DNA of 64,000 nt, from contig MU054400.1 in assembly GCA_013239625.1 (NCBI GenBank), positions 3,907,802 through 3,971,801 of the forward strand, in the 5' to 3' direction. The stretch is from Lama guanicoe. Lineage: Eukaryota. The notes under the pieces were generated by a model that worked only from the letters and a program-made list of their open reading frames with translations, searched no databases and was not told the DNA's origin. Positions 25,004 through 36,370 of this stretch are shown in pieces. The position numbers and the translations under genes were made by a program. Numbering within the stretch: the first letter of the stretch is position 1; the number at the start of each line of letters is the position of its first letter.

Positions 25004-25508
25004 TGCTTTCAGGATACACTAAGCATTTTACTGCATGCAAGATAGGCTGGGACCTGGGACCCTTTATCAGAGTGCTTGCACCTGGACAAACGTCTCCTCA
25101 AGCAACAGAATACAAAGGAACTGTAAGGGACCAAAAAATAACTGCATACATATGTAATTGGGGCAGTTATGAACAATAAGATACAAAAAGGCCCCAAACC
25201 AACTGCCTCTTCTTAGTTGTAGAGAGCAAAGGACGGGTACTGTGCATGATCCTTGCACACAGCACCACTAAGGGGGTGGGCAGACCACCTGAGTCACATC
25301 TCCTGCCCAACCCACCAATCTGCCCCTACCCTCATCCCAGTTGAGGAACCAGCCCACCCTCCTCGGGGAGAGAGCAAGGGCACCTGATACTTGTTTTTGC
25401 TCCCTTGTGCTGTAGCATGAGTCCTGATAAAGCCTTACCTGAATTTCTCATCTAGCCTCTAATCAATTTCTACTGATTAGAGAGTCCAAGGGCCTGGGTC
25501 AACATCAC
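25004..25508 (+). mobile_element. ERV solo LTR (probably ERV1 class, cetartiodactyl-type)
   Basis: ~500 bp with LTR layout: 'tgggacctgggaccc', 'aataactgcat', CCAAT, degenerate poly(A) signal 'gataaagcc', U5-like 'atcaatttctactgatta.agagtccaag', ends in CA. Confidence 0.7.
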
Positions 25509-26189
25509 ATGGGATCTGCTGCATTGGTGTCAAGTCTCACTGAAACCATAACTTCAAAAGGGTGTAGCCTCACTGATTTAAAGAAATCACTGAGCCATAA
25601 AAACACTGCTGGTGACCAAAGTTTCCAGTGGTCACTGGCATTTCCACAGTCATCTCTTCTTTCCAAAGGCTTAGAAATCACAAACCCAATGCACTGAAGT
25701 GTTCTTCTCTTGTCTCATGAAACCCAGGGGGAAAAGATGTAAATATAGGGGCATGTGGTTCAGCCCTTTCTGGTTAGACCCCACTTTTGGGTCTGTGCTT
25801 TCTTCCAGGTCTGTGCATGTGGGCCAGTGTGAATTTGCATGGCTACCTGCAGACACAGTGCCCTAAACTTGACTAAGCATCGATGTCACTCACCAAACTC
25901 AGAAGGTAACAAGGTCTAATTTCTGCTCTGGATTGTGGATTTAGCCTCAGTAATTCATAGTCACACCATAAATGTGAAGTTGTGATGAGAAGCCCCGTGG
26001 CCACACTCATGTTAATGGCATTCCTTCTCCAGGATCCGGTGTGTGCTGTCCTATTCCAAACTTGTTGTCTTCTTTTACCACAAATTATATAACAATAACA
26101 ACTTCTGTTTGTCCTGTGCTTGAAAAAATATAGTGATTTATAAGATAGGTTACTGTATGCACACTTTGAAATGTGGGATGGACTATTCA

Positions 26190-26290
26190 ACACAGAGACC
26201 ATGAGATTCATACATTTATTATTCTGAACACCTAACACAGTGCCCAGCAGGCAGGAGTCAATCAATACATGTGTGAGTAAATGAGAGAAA
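26190..26290 (+). mobile_element. L2 3' end
   Basis: 'cacctaacacagtgcc..gca..caggag.tcaa.caata.atgt.tgagtaaatga'. Confidence 0.65.
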
Positions 26291-26342
26291 ATAGCTTGTA
26301 ATACTTTTTTTGAAAAGTATGCCAAAGCTGTGAGAAGTTTTT

Positions 26343-26710
26343 TTTTTTAAGTAGAGTTGATTCACAATGTTGTGTTAGTTTCTGGTGTACAACAAAGTGA
26401 TTCAGTTATATATATATATATGTATATGTATATGTGTGTGTATATATATGTAATCTTTTTTATCCAGTCATCTGTCATTGGACATTTAAGTTGCTTCCAT
26501 GTCTTGGCTACTGTAATAATGCTGCTATGAGCATTGGGGTGCATGTATCTTTTTGAGTTAGACTTTTCTCTGGATATATACCCAGGAGTGGGATTGTTGG
26601 ATCATATGGTAACTCTATTTTTAGTTTTATTTTAAGAAACCTCCATACTATTTTCCATAGCAGCTGCACCAAACTACATTCTTACCAACAGTGTAGGAGG
26701 GCTCCCTTTA
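26343..26710 (-). mobile_element. 5'-truncated, internally deleted LINE-1 with TSD
   Basis: ORF2 peptide TVAKTWKQLKCPMTDDWIKK; TSDs gtgagaagttttt (26330-26342) and gtgagaaattttt (26711-26723). Confidence 0.9.
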
Positions 26711-26739
26711 GTGAGAAATTTTTAATGCACAAAAACATA

Positions 26740-26962
26740 TGAGACTTAATGCCAGGTATAATTTTAAATGTTCTACCCATATCAGCACAGTAATAATAAG
26801 AATAATCTCTAGAGGTTCTTTTCATTGTCATTCCCATCTTATTGATGAACAGATAGGAAAGCTAGACACACATGAAGGTGGAAGGAGTTGTCAAGTCAGT
26901 GAGCAGCAGAGCTGAGGTTTGAACCCAGGCATCTTGTGTCCAGAGGTTGTGCCTGTGACCAC
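26740..26962 (-). mobile_element. MIR
   Basis: 'gcagagctgaggtttgaacccaggca' (MIR B-box region in reverse) and 'cccatctta.tgatga'. Confidence 0.7.
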
Positions 26963-27611
26963 GATCCCACGATCCCAGCATCAAGTTGTGATGCTGCCAG
27001 TGTTCCTGAGTGCCTAGGGGGACCAGGAAATAAAGTACAATTTATTAAATAAAAAAAGATAGGCTCTTTGCTCCAGGTCTATTCCAGACTTGAACAAATG
27101 TTTGGGGTTTGGTTTAGGAGTTAGGGAGGAAAAGTGGAATCCATCAAGGTACACATCAATGTACTGAAATCTTATCTCTGTTGATTTGCTATCATATTTC
27201 ACATTGCACATAAAATACTTCTAGAGTTCTTTGTCCCCAGAAACTCACACAAAGGGCACTTGATTTAATGACGTCAAGTGATCAATCTTTGTACTGTAGT
27301 CTTATCACAAGTGTTACAAAACTATTTTTATTGTGTTTCCTTTTGAGTAGCTATCAAGACAGTTCTATGGCTAATTTCCATTTCTGTGAAACTTCCTTAG
27401 CATATGGTGGGTGTTCACGTCTAGACGGTTTGCCCATAAAACTAAACTTGAAGTCAAAGGACCATGAATCTGGATCATGATTCAGTTCCATAAGCACCTG
27501 CCTAGTGCTCTCTTTCTTATTTGTAATTTTCAATTATGCTTATTAATTATGAAAGTGATGTATAATTGTCATAAGTGAAACAATGTGAAAGCATATAAAG
27601 AAAAAGTTACT

Positions 27612-27773
27612 GGGAGGAGGGTATAACTCTGTGGTAGAGTGCGTGCTTAGCATGCACAAGGTCCTGGTCCCAGTATCTCCCCATTAAAATAAATGAATAC
27701 ATACATACATACATACATACATACATACATACATACATAAATCTAATTACCTCCCCACCAAAAAAATTTTTTT
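27612..27773 (+). mobile_element. tRNA-Ala-derived SINE (vic-1 type) with internal (TACA)n expansion
   Basis: 'ggagggtataactctgtggtagagtgcgtgcttagcatgcacaaggtcctgg'; B box partly deleted; (TACA)n ~27697-27738; tail 'aaatctaattacctcccc'; flanks aagttact/aagttatt. Confidence 0.9.
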
Positions 27774-27949
27774 AAGTTATTAATACTTCCTCAATACACA
27801 CACACACACACACGTTCCTCTCCCTCCTAGAGTAAGCAATAGTAACAGTCAGGTATTTATCTTTCTACATTTTTTCCCTATCCTAGTGAAAACATCTATA
27901 AATATAGATGCATATATTATTAAAGACATTAGTGTGCATTTTTTCACAT

Positions 27950-28113
27950 TTAATAGACTGCATTTTTTAGAACAGTTTTAGGTTCATGATAAAATTGAGT
28001 GGAAGGTATAGAGATTCACCATACACCCCCTGCCTCCACATATGCATAGCCTCCCTTGTTATCAGCATCCCCCACCGGAGTGGTACCTTTGTTACAATTG
28101 ATAAGCCTACATG
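27950..28113 (-). mobile_element. LINE-1 3' end (L1MC/MD-like)
   Basis: 'ttttagaacagttttaggttca..ataaaattgagtggaaggta.agaga.t..ccata.acccc...agtggtac.tttgttacaattgat'. Confidence 0.8.
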
Positions 28114-28644
28114 TAATGTATTTTTAAATGTTAACAATATATGAAGTTGCTGTATTTTGACCATTTTGACCTGTAAGATTGGTGATTTCATATGGTTCAT
28201 CATAATAGCAGGACCATTGATATAGATTTTAACAATAGTTTAAAATTCATGCATAGATGCACAAAATTCCATCATGGTTATTTAATCATTTCCTTATGGA
28301 CAGCCAGATCAGATTGTTTCCATTTTTAGAGAGCACAAGAATGCTGCAGTCAACATCTTTAACCATCTCTTTTTTAAACAGTTGTTCACGTTTTCTTAGA
28401 ACATAACCTGGCACATGCAAAGTGCTCAGTAAACATTTGTTGCATGACTAAATGAGTGAAGGGCTCTGATGCTGTCATGCCGACTGTGTGAATCTCAGGC
28501 CACTCATCTGGTTTACTGACTTGCCATTAGAGGGGACCAGGGATTCCCCACCTCCCTCCTCATTCTCCCTATGTCCTCCTGCCCTTCACTTCTACCTGTG
28601 GCAGCTGGGAGTGTTTCTTATCATCCTCCCAGCTTCCCTTTTAT

Positions 28645-29582
28645 TTCTTTTTTTAAAAAATAGCTTTGTTGAGATATAATTCACATACCATACAATTCAC
28701 TCATTTGAAGTGAACGATTTTGTGGGTATTTGTCACAGTCACAGATATATGCACAAATCAGCACAATTTTAGAACATTTTTGTCACCTCTAAAGGAAATC
28801 TCATAGCTTTTATCTATCACCACCCCATCTCTCCTCCCCCTCCATCCACCCTCACCCAGCCCTAAGAAACCACTAGTCTGCTCTCTTGTCTCTGTAAATA
28901 TCTCCATTGTAGACATTTTGTATGAATGGAATCATATAATATGTGGTCTTTTGTGTTTGGTTTCTTTCACTTAGCATAATGTTTTCAGTGCTCATCTATG
29001 TTGAAGTGTGAATCAGTACTTTATTCCTTTCTATGCTGAATAATATTCCACTTTATTGATATACCTCATTTTATTTATCCATTTATCAGTTGATGGGCAT
29101 TTGAGTCATTTCCACTTTTGGCTATTATGAATAATGTTGCTATAAACATTCACATACACATTTTTGCATGGATGCATATTTTTTCCTTTGGGTCTGTACC
29201 TTGGGGTGAAATTGCAGGGTTGTATGGCAACTCTATGTTTAAGTTTTAGAGGAACTGCCAGATTGTTTTCTAAAACACCATTTTACATTCCCACCACAGT
29301 GTATAGGGTTCCAATTCCTCCACATCTTTGCCAACATTTGTTGTTATCTGATGTTTGATTCTAGCCATCCTATAGGTGTAAGTGATATCTAATTATGGTT
29401 TGATTTGCATTTCACTAATGACTAATCATGTCGAGTATCTTTTCATGTGCTTATTGATCATTTGTATATCTTCCTTGGAAAAATGTGAATTACTCCTATT
29501 TTTAACTGTCTTAATAGTCTTTATATTATCGAGTTGCAAGTGTTCTTTATATATTCTGGATACTAGTCCCTTATTAGATTTA
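28645..29582 (-). mobile_element. LINE-1 (L1MB-like) 3' ~0.9 kb
   Basis: 'agctttgttgagatataattcacataccatacaattcac', 'gaggaactgccaga.tgttttc', 'ttgatttgcatttc.ctaatgactaat.atgt.gag.atcttttcatgtgcttattg'. Confidence 0.9.
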
Positions 29583-30602
29583 TACAGCTTCCTTTTTACT
29601 GACTATCCCATGTGGTATTCCTCACTTCTTCAGCTGACCCTGGTTGCTCTTGAGTGATATGCACACAAGGCATTCAGGGAACCAGGAGGAAAGAGCTCCC
29701 TGTGTGAAAGTGTGAAGTCCGAATGTCTTCTGTGGGCATTCAGGAGTATGTGTGCACATCTCCTCACCCTGATAAGTTCCAGACCAATAAAGCCAGAACT
29801 GGTCTTTTTCAAAAACCCCCTCATTGCAGAGAGCTGCTTATTGAGTAGTGGATTAATGTCCAACCCTCTTAGCTAATTAGTGTGGAACACAAATCACCCT
29901 TATGTAATAAGGCTTGACAATCAAATGAGAAGTCAGAGCAAATATTTCAGCTGGGTGTCTGCCCCCTTGGAACCTGTAAGACAGCTGGGCTGGCTGTTTT
30001 GTATCTTCCCTAATACAGTGCTGATAACTTCATGTTATGAGTAATACTTTCTATTTTGCACAATTACTTCATGGAGAAGTCCAAGGATGCTGTATATATT
30101 AAGGTTATTTTCTCAAGGTCTAAATGGAGAATTAATCTTGAATAGTTGGATTTCATTCTAGAATGAGATATTTCTGTGGATTTCTGTGATGGAAAAAGTC
30201 TGAATTAGTTAAAAAGAAGACAAGACCAATGGGATTGATTAGTAGAGTAACTGTTAAGTTGCAAATGGAAAAATAACAATCATTATCCCAAACCCCTCCC
30301 AGTATTCCCGTGAAGTCCTCTTAATAGAAGGGTTATGTCTAAATTGATATCTGAAGCTGTCACTCCAAGGACATTCCTTTGGATAGATGCCTGACATTTG
30401 CCCTTTTTACGTAACTGTCTTCATTTCAAGAACATATTGTGTAATGGTAACTGGTAAATGATAAATTTGGCCATTATCACCAGCTGTTCAGAAACCAAGA
30501 TATTCAGTCTGTGGCAATATTAATATTTGTTTTTAATTTGTTTATCTTGGCAATTTTAAAATCACTCGCTCTAAAGGAGATGGACTCACAAGAGTCTTCT
30601 TG

Positions 30603-30815
30603 AAAACTGAGATATAATCAAAATACAACAATGTGTAAGTTTAAGGTGTGCAGTGTAATGATTTGATCCATTCATATATTGCAATATGATGACTACTGTG
30701 GTGTTAACTAAAACCTCTGTCACCTCACAAAATTATCATTTTCTCTTGTGGTGAGAGCAGTTAAGATCCAGTCTCTTAGCAACTTTCAAACATGCAGTAT
30801 TGTTAACTACAGTCC
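30603..30815 (-). mobile_element. LINE-1 3' UTR fragment
   Basis: 'gtgtaagtttaaggtgt.cagtgtaatgatttgat', 'gtggtgag..cagttaagatc...tctcttagcaactttcaa'. Confidence 0.85.
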
Positions 30816-31028
30816 CCTCCTAGATGTTCTGGACCTTGGCTGTGAATTATTCCATTTGTCTTCTGTTCACCTTTTAAGTGTGTCACTTAAGAGTCAGCCT
30901 AGGAAAAGACAACCAACTCAGTAAAAATATTGGTAATTTTGAGATGAATGAACTGACATAATTAAAAGAGTTATGAAAAGGTACTCAAATCCACTGGTAA
31001 TTAGAAAAATACAGATTAAAGTAACAAT

Positions 31029-31180
31029 GAAACAAGCTACAAGGCTATATTGTACAGCACAGGGAATATAGCCAATGTTTTATAATAACTTTAAATAAAG
31101 TATAATCTATAAAAAGTTTGAATCACCATGTTGTACACCTGAAACTAATATAATGTTGTAAATCAACTATATGTCACAAA
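31029..31180 (+). mobile_element. short LINE-1 3' end with perfect 12-bp TSD
   Basis: 'tgtacagcacagggaatatagccaat...gtacacctgaaactaatataatgttgtaaatcaactat'; TSD taaagtaacaat at 31017-31028 and 31181-31192. Confidence 0.9.
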
Positions 31181-31669
31181 TAAAGTAACAATTAAATACC
31201 ACTGGCAAAAATTTAAAATACTGTAACACCTATGCGTGGCTAGTAGTGAGCGAGTAGTTTATGGAAATAACCAGGCAACCTCTAAGGAATTTAGCCATTA
31301 AAATGATCTATTAAAATTAAAAAGTACACATGGTTTCCAACCTAGCAGTCCACTGCTGTGACTGTCTTCCTTAGAAATTAAAGCATCAATATGGAAAGTC
31401 AATTTTACAAAGACATTTACTGAAGCATTGTTAGTAAAGGAAAAAGAAAGGTAGAAACAAACAAATGCAAGCTGGAAATAAAGAGCCACAGGGGAAAAAT
31501 CCAGTGATTTGGTATCACCTCACCAAGGTATATTTTTAGGTATTAAAAAAATGAATTAGATATACGATAGCTGAGAATATATTGTAGAATGAGAAAATAA
31601 AGGATGCCGAGAAATCTGCATAAAATGATCCAATTTGTAGAGTAAACATAGATCAGCAAAATTCCAGGG

Positions 31670-31695
31670 GTGTGTGTGTGTGTGTGTGTGTGTGT
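31670..31695. repeat. (GT)n microsatellite
   Basis: Directly visible. Confidence 0.95.
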
Positions 31696-32419
31696 ATTGA
31701 ACATAATATGAGGATAGAGAAAAATAAAGACAATAATTTTAGTTTACTATCATGGGATACTGAGGATTTGTGGGGATGGGGGAAATGAGAGCAAGAGAAA
31801 ATGGGGAAAAAAAGACTGCAATAAGCACATCTCCATCAAACATGATATGATTCCATTTATTTAAAATTAACGTTGTATGCATATGTATGTATAAAGAAAT
31901 TGGAATAAGGGGTTAGAATTTGATTAGAGACAATTGCTATAGAGTGAAAAAGAGAATACCAAAGTGGTGGGGATGGATAGCATTATTTTTAGTTTGCAGA
32001 ACAAAAGCTATCCAGTCAATTGCCAGTGAATCCATCTATGTGTATACGTGTGTGTGATTTCGTGTTTGCATGTGCTTGTGCAGGTATGGAGAATGTTACG
32101 GGAGAGGCACACGGACGTGTTGGATAGTTCTTGCTTCATACATCTTGTGGGAATTTCAAATAAAATTATATATAAAAATTTGTTACTTTTGTAATCTGAA
32201 AAAATATCTAATAAAGAAAAGGATTATTTCAAAATAATAAAATATGTTTTTCAAAGAAAGGAAAGAAAAGAAAAGAAAACCCAAGACAAGCTAATGGCTC
32301 TCAAGAGCTGAGAGGCAGTTTATAATTCTGTTCAAAGAGATTCTGGGCAGCTACCTCAGTGGGCATTCACTCAACGTTAAATAAGGTATTAGTGAGCTAA
32401 AAATGAAAATGGTAGTAAG

Positions 32420-33100
32420 AGGGTGTGCGTGTATCCGGACCTCGCTTTGGGCCAGACCCGCCCTAGTGCTTGAGAGCGTGGGCCAGACAGCTAAGCTGCA
32501 ATAGCTCATTCTAACCCTGACCTCCGCCTTGGAGGGGCTTATCTTTCAAAGGCAGAGCTGGGTGGATAAAGCGCCGAGACAGGGTGTGTGGTTTTCTTGC
32601 CCAGCACACCAGATTTCAAATTGGACTGTCAGCGTAGCTTCCACGAAGAGTCCCAGGAGCTCTATAGACTCGAGGTTAACCCCTGGCCAGTACACAGAGA
32701 CCTGGGAACAACCTCTCCAAAACAATCCTTTGAAAACGAGTTTTGCTTCAGTGGGAGGAGGAGCAGCAGGAGGAAGGGAGGGACGCACAGCATTATGTGG
32801 CTGTGGGTGTCCCATCGCATGGTGGTGAAGCTGATTAAAGCGTTGGACAGAAAATGAATGATAGATTTTGTTTTCCCACGACTTGGGGTTTGTCTGACAG
32901 CCTGTGTTGGAATTCCAGACTCTTTTGGATACTGTGATTACTGAAGTCCTGCTGATCTTTAAAAAGATATGCTAGAGCTTCAGAGAGGGGAACACTCGAT
33001 CCCATTAAGTCGGATCATCTGGTCTTTTCACCGCTCCAGATGATGAGCACCGAGCTGAAGGGCGTCCTCCACATTCTGCCGCAACGTCCCCCTACATTTT
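32420..33100. promoter_or_regulatory. CpG-enriched unique segment, candidate enhancer or alternative promoter
   Basis: Locally many CpGs against a depleted background; GC box cccgccc near 32457-32463; GGA-rich stretch ~32753-32781; no repeat recognised. Confidence 0.35.
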
Positions 33101-33832
33101 TCTTTCTCTTCAATTCACTGTCCTATCTCGAGTCAGTTATAGATGTTGAGTCAAAGAACATCAGTACAATGGAATTTTATCTCATGTGACTATTTCTGTC
33201 ATTAGAAATTATGACTCTCTTAAGAGCCCTGATCTATTAAGTACTCCTAATCTGGAAAAGTCACAGACACACTGGCTCATTATGACAGAGGCACGAGGGG
33301 ACTGGCTGATGCGGACTGGTGGCAATTTCTGATATTAGGCCACTTACAATGTTCCCTTTTGATCTGTAGTTTTTTTTTTTTAAGCCAAGAATTCTATATA
33401 GATATGACAGGAGCGCTGAAATATTCCTGGGCATAGTGCTTCCCAATCTTACTTAGAGAATAGCTGGCCTTTGAGAAGAGTATAGAGTAATTCAGACAAA
33501 GCAGGAACACTAAATAATTTGGGCAACTTTGCATTCTTTGCATCTAAGCTTACTTTTGGACAACTTCTTCTGAATAGTCTACACTAAAAAACAATGTTAT
33601 CAAGGTAAAATATAGGATGCCAAATTAATAACAAAATATACTAATGTGACTCTTACGTTTTTAGTTGGAAATGGTGGATTCTTCAGGTAAAAAATATACA
33701 AGCCAAACAGAGTATACATACATAAACATTAAGACTTTTGCCTACAGCTTTTAATCTAAGTTCTCCAACTTGTTTTCCAGATATAACTACTGTTATCTTT
33801 TTTTCTGTATACACACACACACACACACACAC

Positions 33833-34146
33833 ATCCCGGCCTTCTGTGTCTAAGGGTTCAGATCCGAGGGTTCCGTATCCAGGGATTCAACCAACTGTGG
33901 ATCAAAAATGTTCAGAAAAAATTTTGGAACTTGAACTTGCCACACACCAGCAACTATTTATATAGCATTTACATTGTATTAGCTATTATAAGTAATCTAG
34001 AGATGATTTAAAGTATACAGGAGGATGTACATAGGTTGTATTTAAATACTACACCATTGTATATACGTAAGGGACTTGAGTGTTTATGGATTTTGATATC
34101 CGAGGGGGTTCTGGAACCAAAATCCCTTGGATACAAGGGACGACTG
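33833..34146 (-). mobile_element. TcMar-Tigger MITE (MER2-like)
   Basis: 'ggattcaaccaactgtggatcaaaaat', 'taagtaatctagagatgatttaaagtatac', terminal 'ggatacaagggacgactg|ta'; preceded by (CA)n ~33810-33833. Confidence 0.9.
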
Positions 34147-34247
34147 TATATATCCCTTTTTGAAACATAAATGATAGTCTATGAAATGTACTATTTGTAT
34201 TTTTGGTTTTTTAAAATTAAAAACATATCTAGAATTCCATTCTGTAT

Positions 34248-34248
<1 letters not shown>

Positions 34249-34279
<31 letters not shown>
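34249..34279. repeat. (CA)n microsatellite
   Basis: Directly visible. Confidence 0.95.
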
Positions 34280-34281
<2 letters not shown>

Positions 34282-35039
34282 GATGTACCATGGTTCTTGT
34301 AGCTAGCACCCTACTGATGATCATTTAAGTTAAAATGATTTTTAAAGTTTATTTTAAAAAATGTTATGGTTTTGAAATTAAAAAAGCAACCAAAGTTAAC
34401 TAATGCTTCCTTAAAATGTGATTCTTGTGAAACATTTTAATACCCAAGTGGGTTTTTTTTTTAATACCCACTGTTTTACATTTTTTAACATGTAAAATAC
34501 ATATCTATGACTTTAAAAAAATACATACCTATGAATTCATTCCACACTCTTATGTGTGTTTATCTGTATGTCTGTGTTTCATGTACGGCTCAAAATTGTG
34601 TTTTGTTTTTTTTTTAAAGACCATTATCTGATTTAGGTGTTAGACTCACTAAGAGATGGCATTCAAGATTCATGTTTTGAAATTCATAGAAATCTACCCT
34701 TGGACTAAACATGTGTATAAACTGATAGGTAGAAAAATTATTGAAGGTAATTCCATAACCTTTGTGGAATTTTACAAAGATGTTAATTTTAAGTTATCAC
34801 ATCTAAAAATGCTTTCTGGGTTGTGATGGAAACACACAGACCTGAGAATATAGGCATTTAGGAAAAAGGATTACTAAGTTTCCCTTTTGCACATTCAGCG
34901 CAAATAGGAAAAGGGACTGGCAGGAGCAATGTGTTACTTTTCTCCCTTGTCTAAGAGAGCTGCCAGGAAACGGGGAGGGAGGACGGGGCCAGAGATCTTC
35001 CACCTGCCACAGCAATGAGCCGTCACTCCCACCTTCAAA

Positions 35040-35165
35040 GTGATTTACAAACATTAACGAAGCTTCCCAACAGTCATATAAAGCAGGAAGGTTATAATTA
35101 CCCTGTTTTACAAATGGGAGATGGAGACACAAACAGGTTAAGTGCTTTGCCGCAGGCACACTGTG
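35040..35165 (-). mobile_element. MIR fragment
   Basis: 'ttttacaaatgggaga.ggagacaca.acaggttaagtg.tttgcc..aggcacac'. Confidence 0.7.
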
Positions 35166-36264
35166 ATTCCCCTGGTTAGATCGCAGGAGAGCTTGGCTTC
35201 ACCGGCTCCCCACACACCCCTGCCCAATCTGGCCTCCCTCCCCTTCCAAGGAAAGGCCTGGCCCTGCAGACACCAGCACTGTCCTGAGAAATCCATGGCC
35301 AGGTCTCCACTAGGACAGAGAGGGAGAGAATTAGGGCCGCGTGAGGTAATTCACTAACTCCGTGTAGACACTCTCTTAGCTGTCTAAGGGCAAGGACCGA
35401 GAATGCCTTTCCAGATGAATATGCACCCGGTGGGCATTCAGTAGGAACCTGCTGGTAACCATGGCAGATTACCCACATCATAAAGGCAGCGGGCTTTCCC
35501 CTCAACTATGTAGCTAATTGTCCAATTTGACTTTTCCAAAGACTTGGCAGCATCTAGATTTCCAGCTAAAACACAGGTTCTCTCTCATCAGCTGGTGGTT
35601 AACTCTCTCCCACAACGCTGCTTTAAAGTGTAAGACAGCAAGCTGAGAAAACTGCATGACAAATATAAAATGATACCTAAGCTGGTAATCTGGTGATGAG
35701 TATTCGGGCCTATTTTGTCCGTGGTCCTGATCCTATACATTTAGATGTGGTAGTTGTTAATAATATTGCTGGAATTCTGGAGGTGAAAACGTATGTAAGG
35801 GAAAGTGTAAAAAGAAACTTTTAAAATAAATATCACTTGTTCATTCATTTGCTATTGGTTAGGCAGAGAGTAAGTTTGGGAAGGAGAACAGTCAGACAGT
35901 AAGATTTTTAGGAGCAGTGCTCTAGTATTATAGCTCAAGAACTGAAGAACAACCTCAGACCACCTTCCTATAATCTCCATCCAAGGGGACAGCAAGTGGA
36001 CAGGCTAACAGAAGGACCCACGTGCCGCTTATGGAGGGGGCCTGCATCTTGGACTATGTAAACATACATACACAAACATACATATGCATCTACACATGCA
36101 CATAGGTACACGCACACACATATGTGTGAGGCATACATTTCTCATCTGTAAGTGTGTGCAAGGAAATAAATACCTGGAGCATACCATGAGGCCTTTTATT
36201 ATACGTGTGTGTTTTAATTTTTTGTGCCGTCTTACCTCCTAACAGAAGGTGACTTCTTGAAACT

Positions 36265-36370
36265 GGGGGGGCCATGCTCTGTTCATCTTTTTCGCCCTAC
36301 TCAAGACTTAGCACAGTTTTTTTTTTTACTTATCATTTGTTAAATGATATCCAAATTTGTGTGAGTAAAT
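36265..36370 (+). mobile_element. L2 3' end fragment
   Basis: 'ggccatgctctgttcatcttt...ccc...gacttagcacagt...atttgttaaatga'. Confidence 0.5.

Larger units (their letters stand above)
30900..31900 (+). mobile_element. old, highly diverged LINE-1 (L1ME-like)
   Basis: 'gaaaaggtactcaa..ccactggtaattagaaaaatacagattaaa', 'acatttactgaagcattgtt..taa'. Confidence 0.55.
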
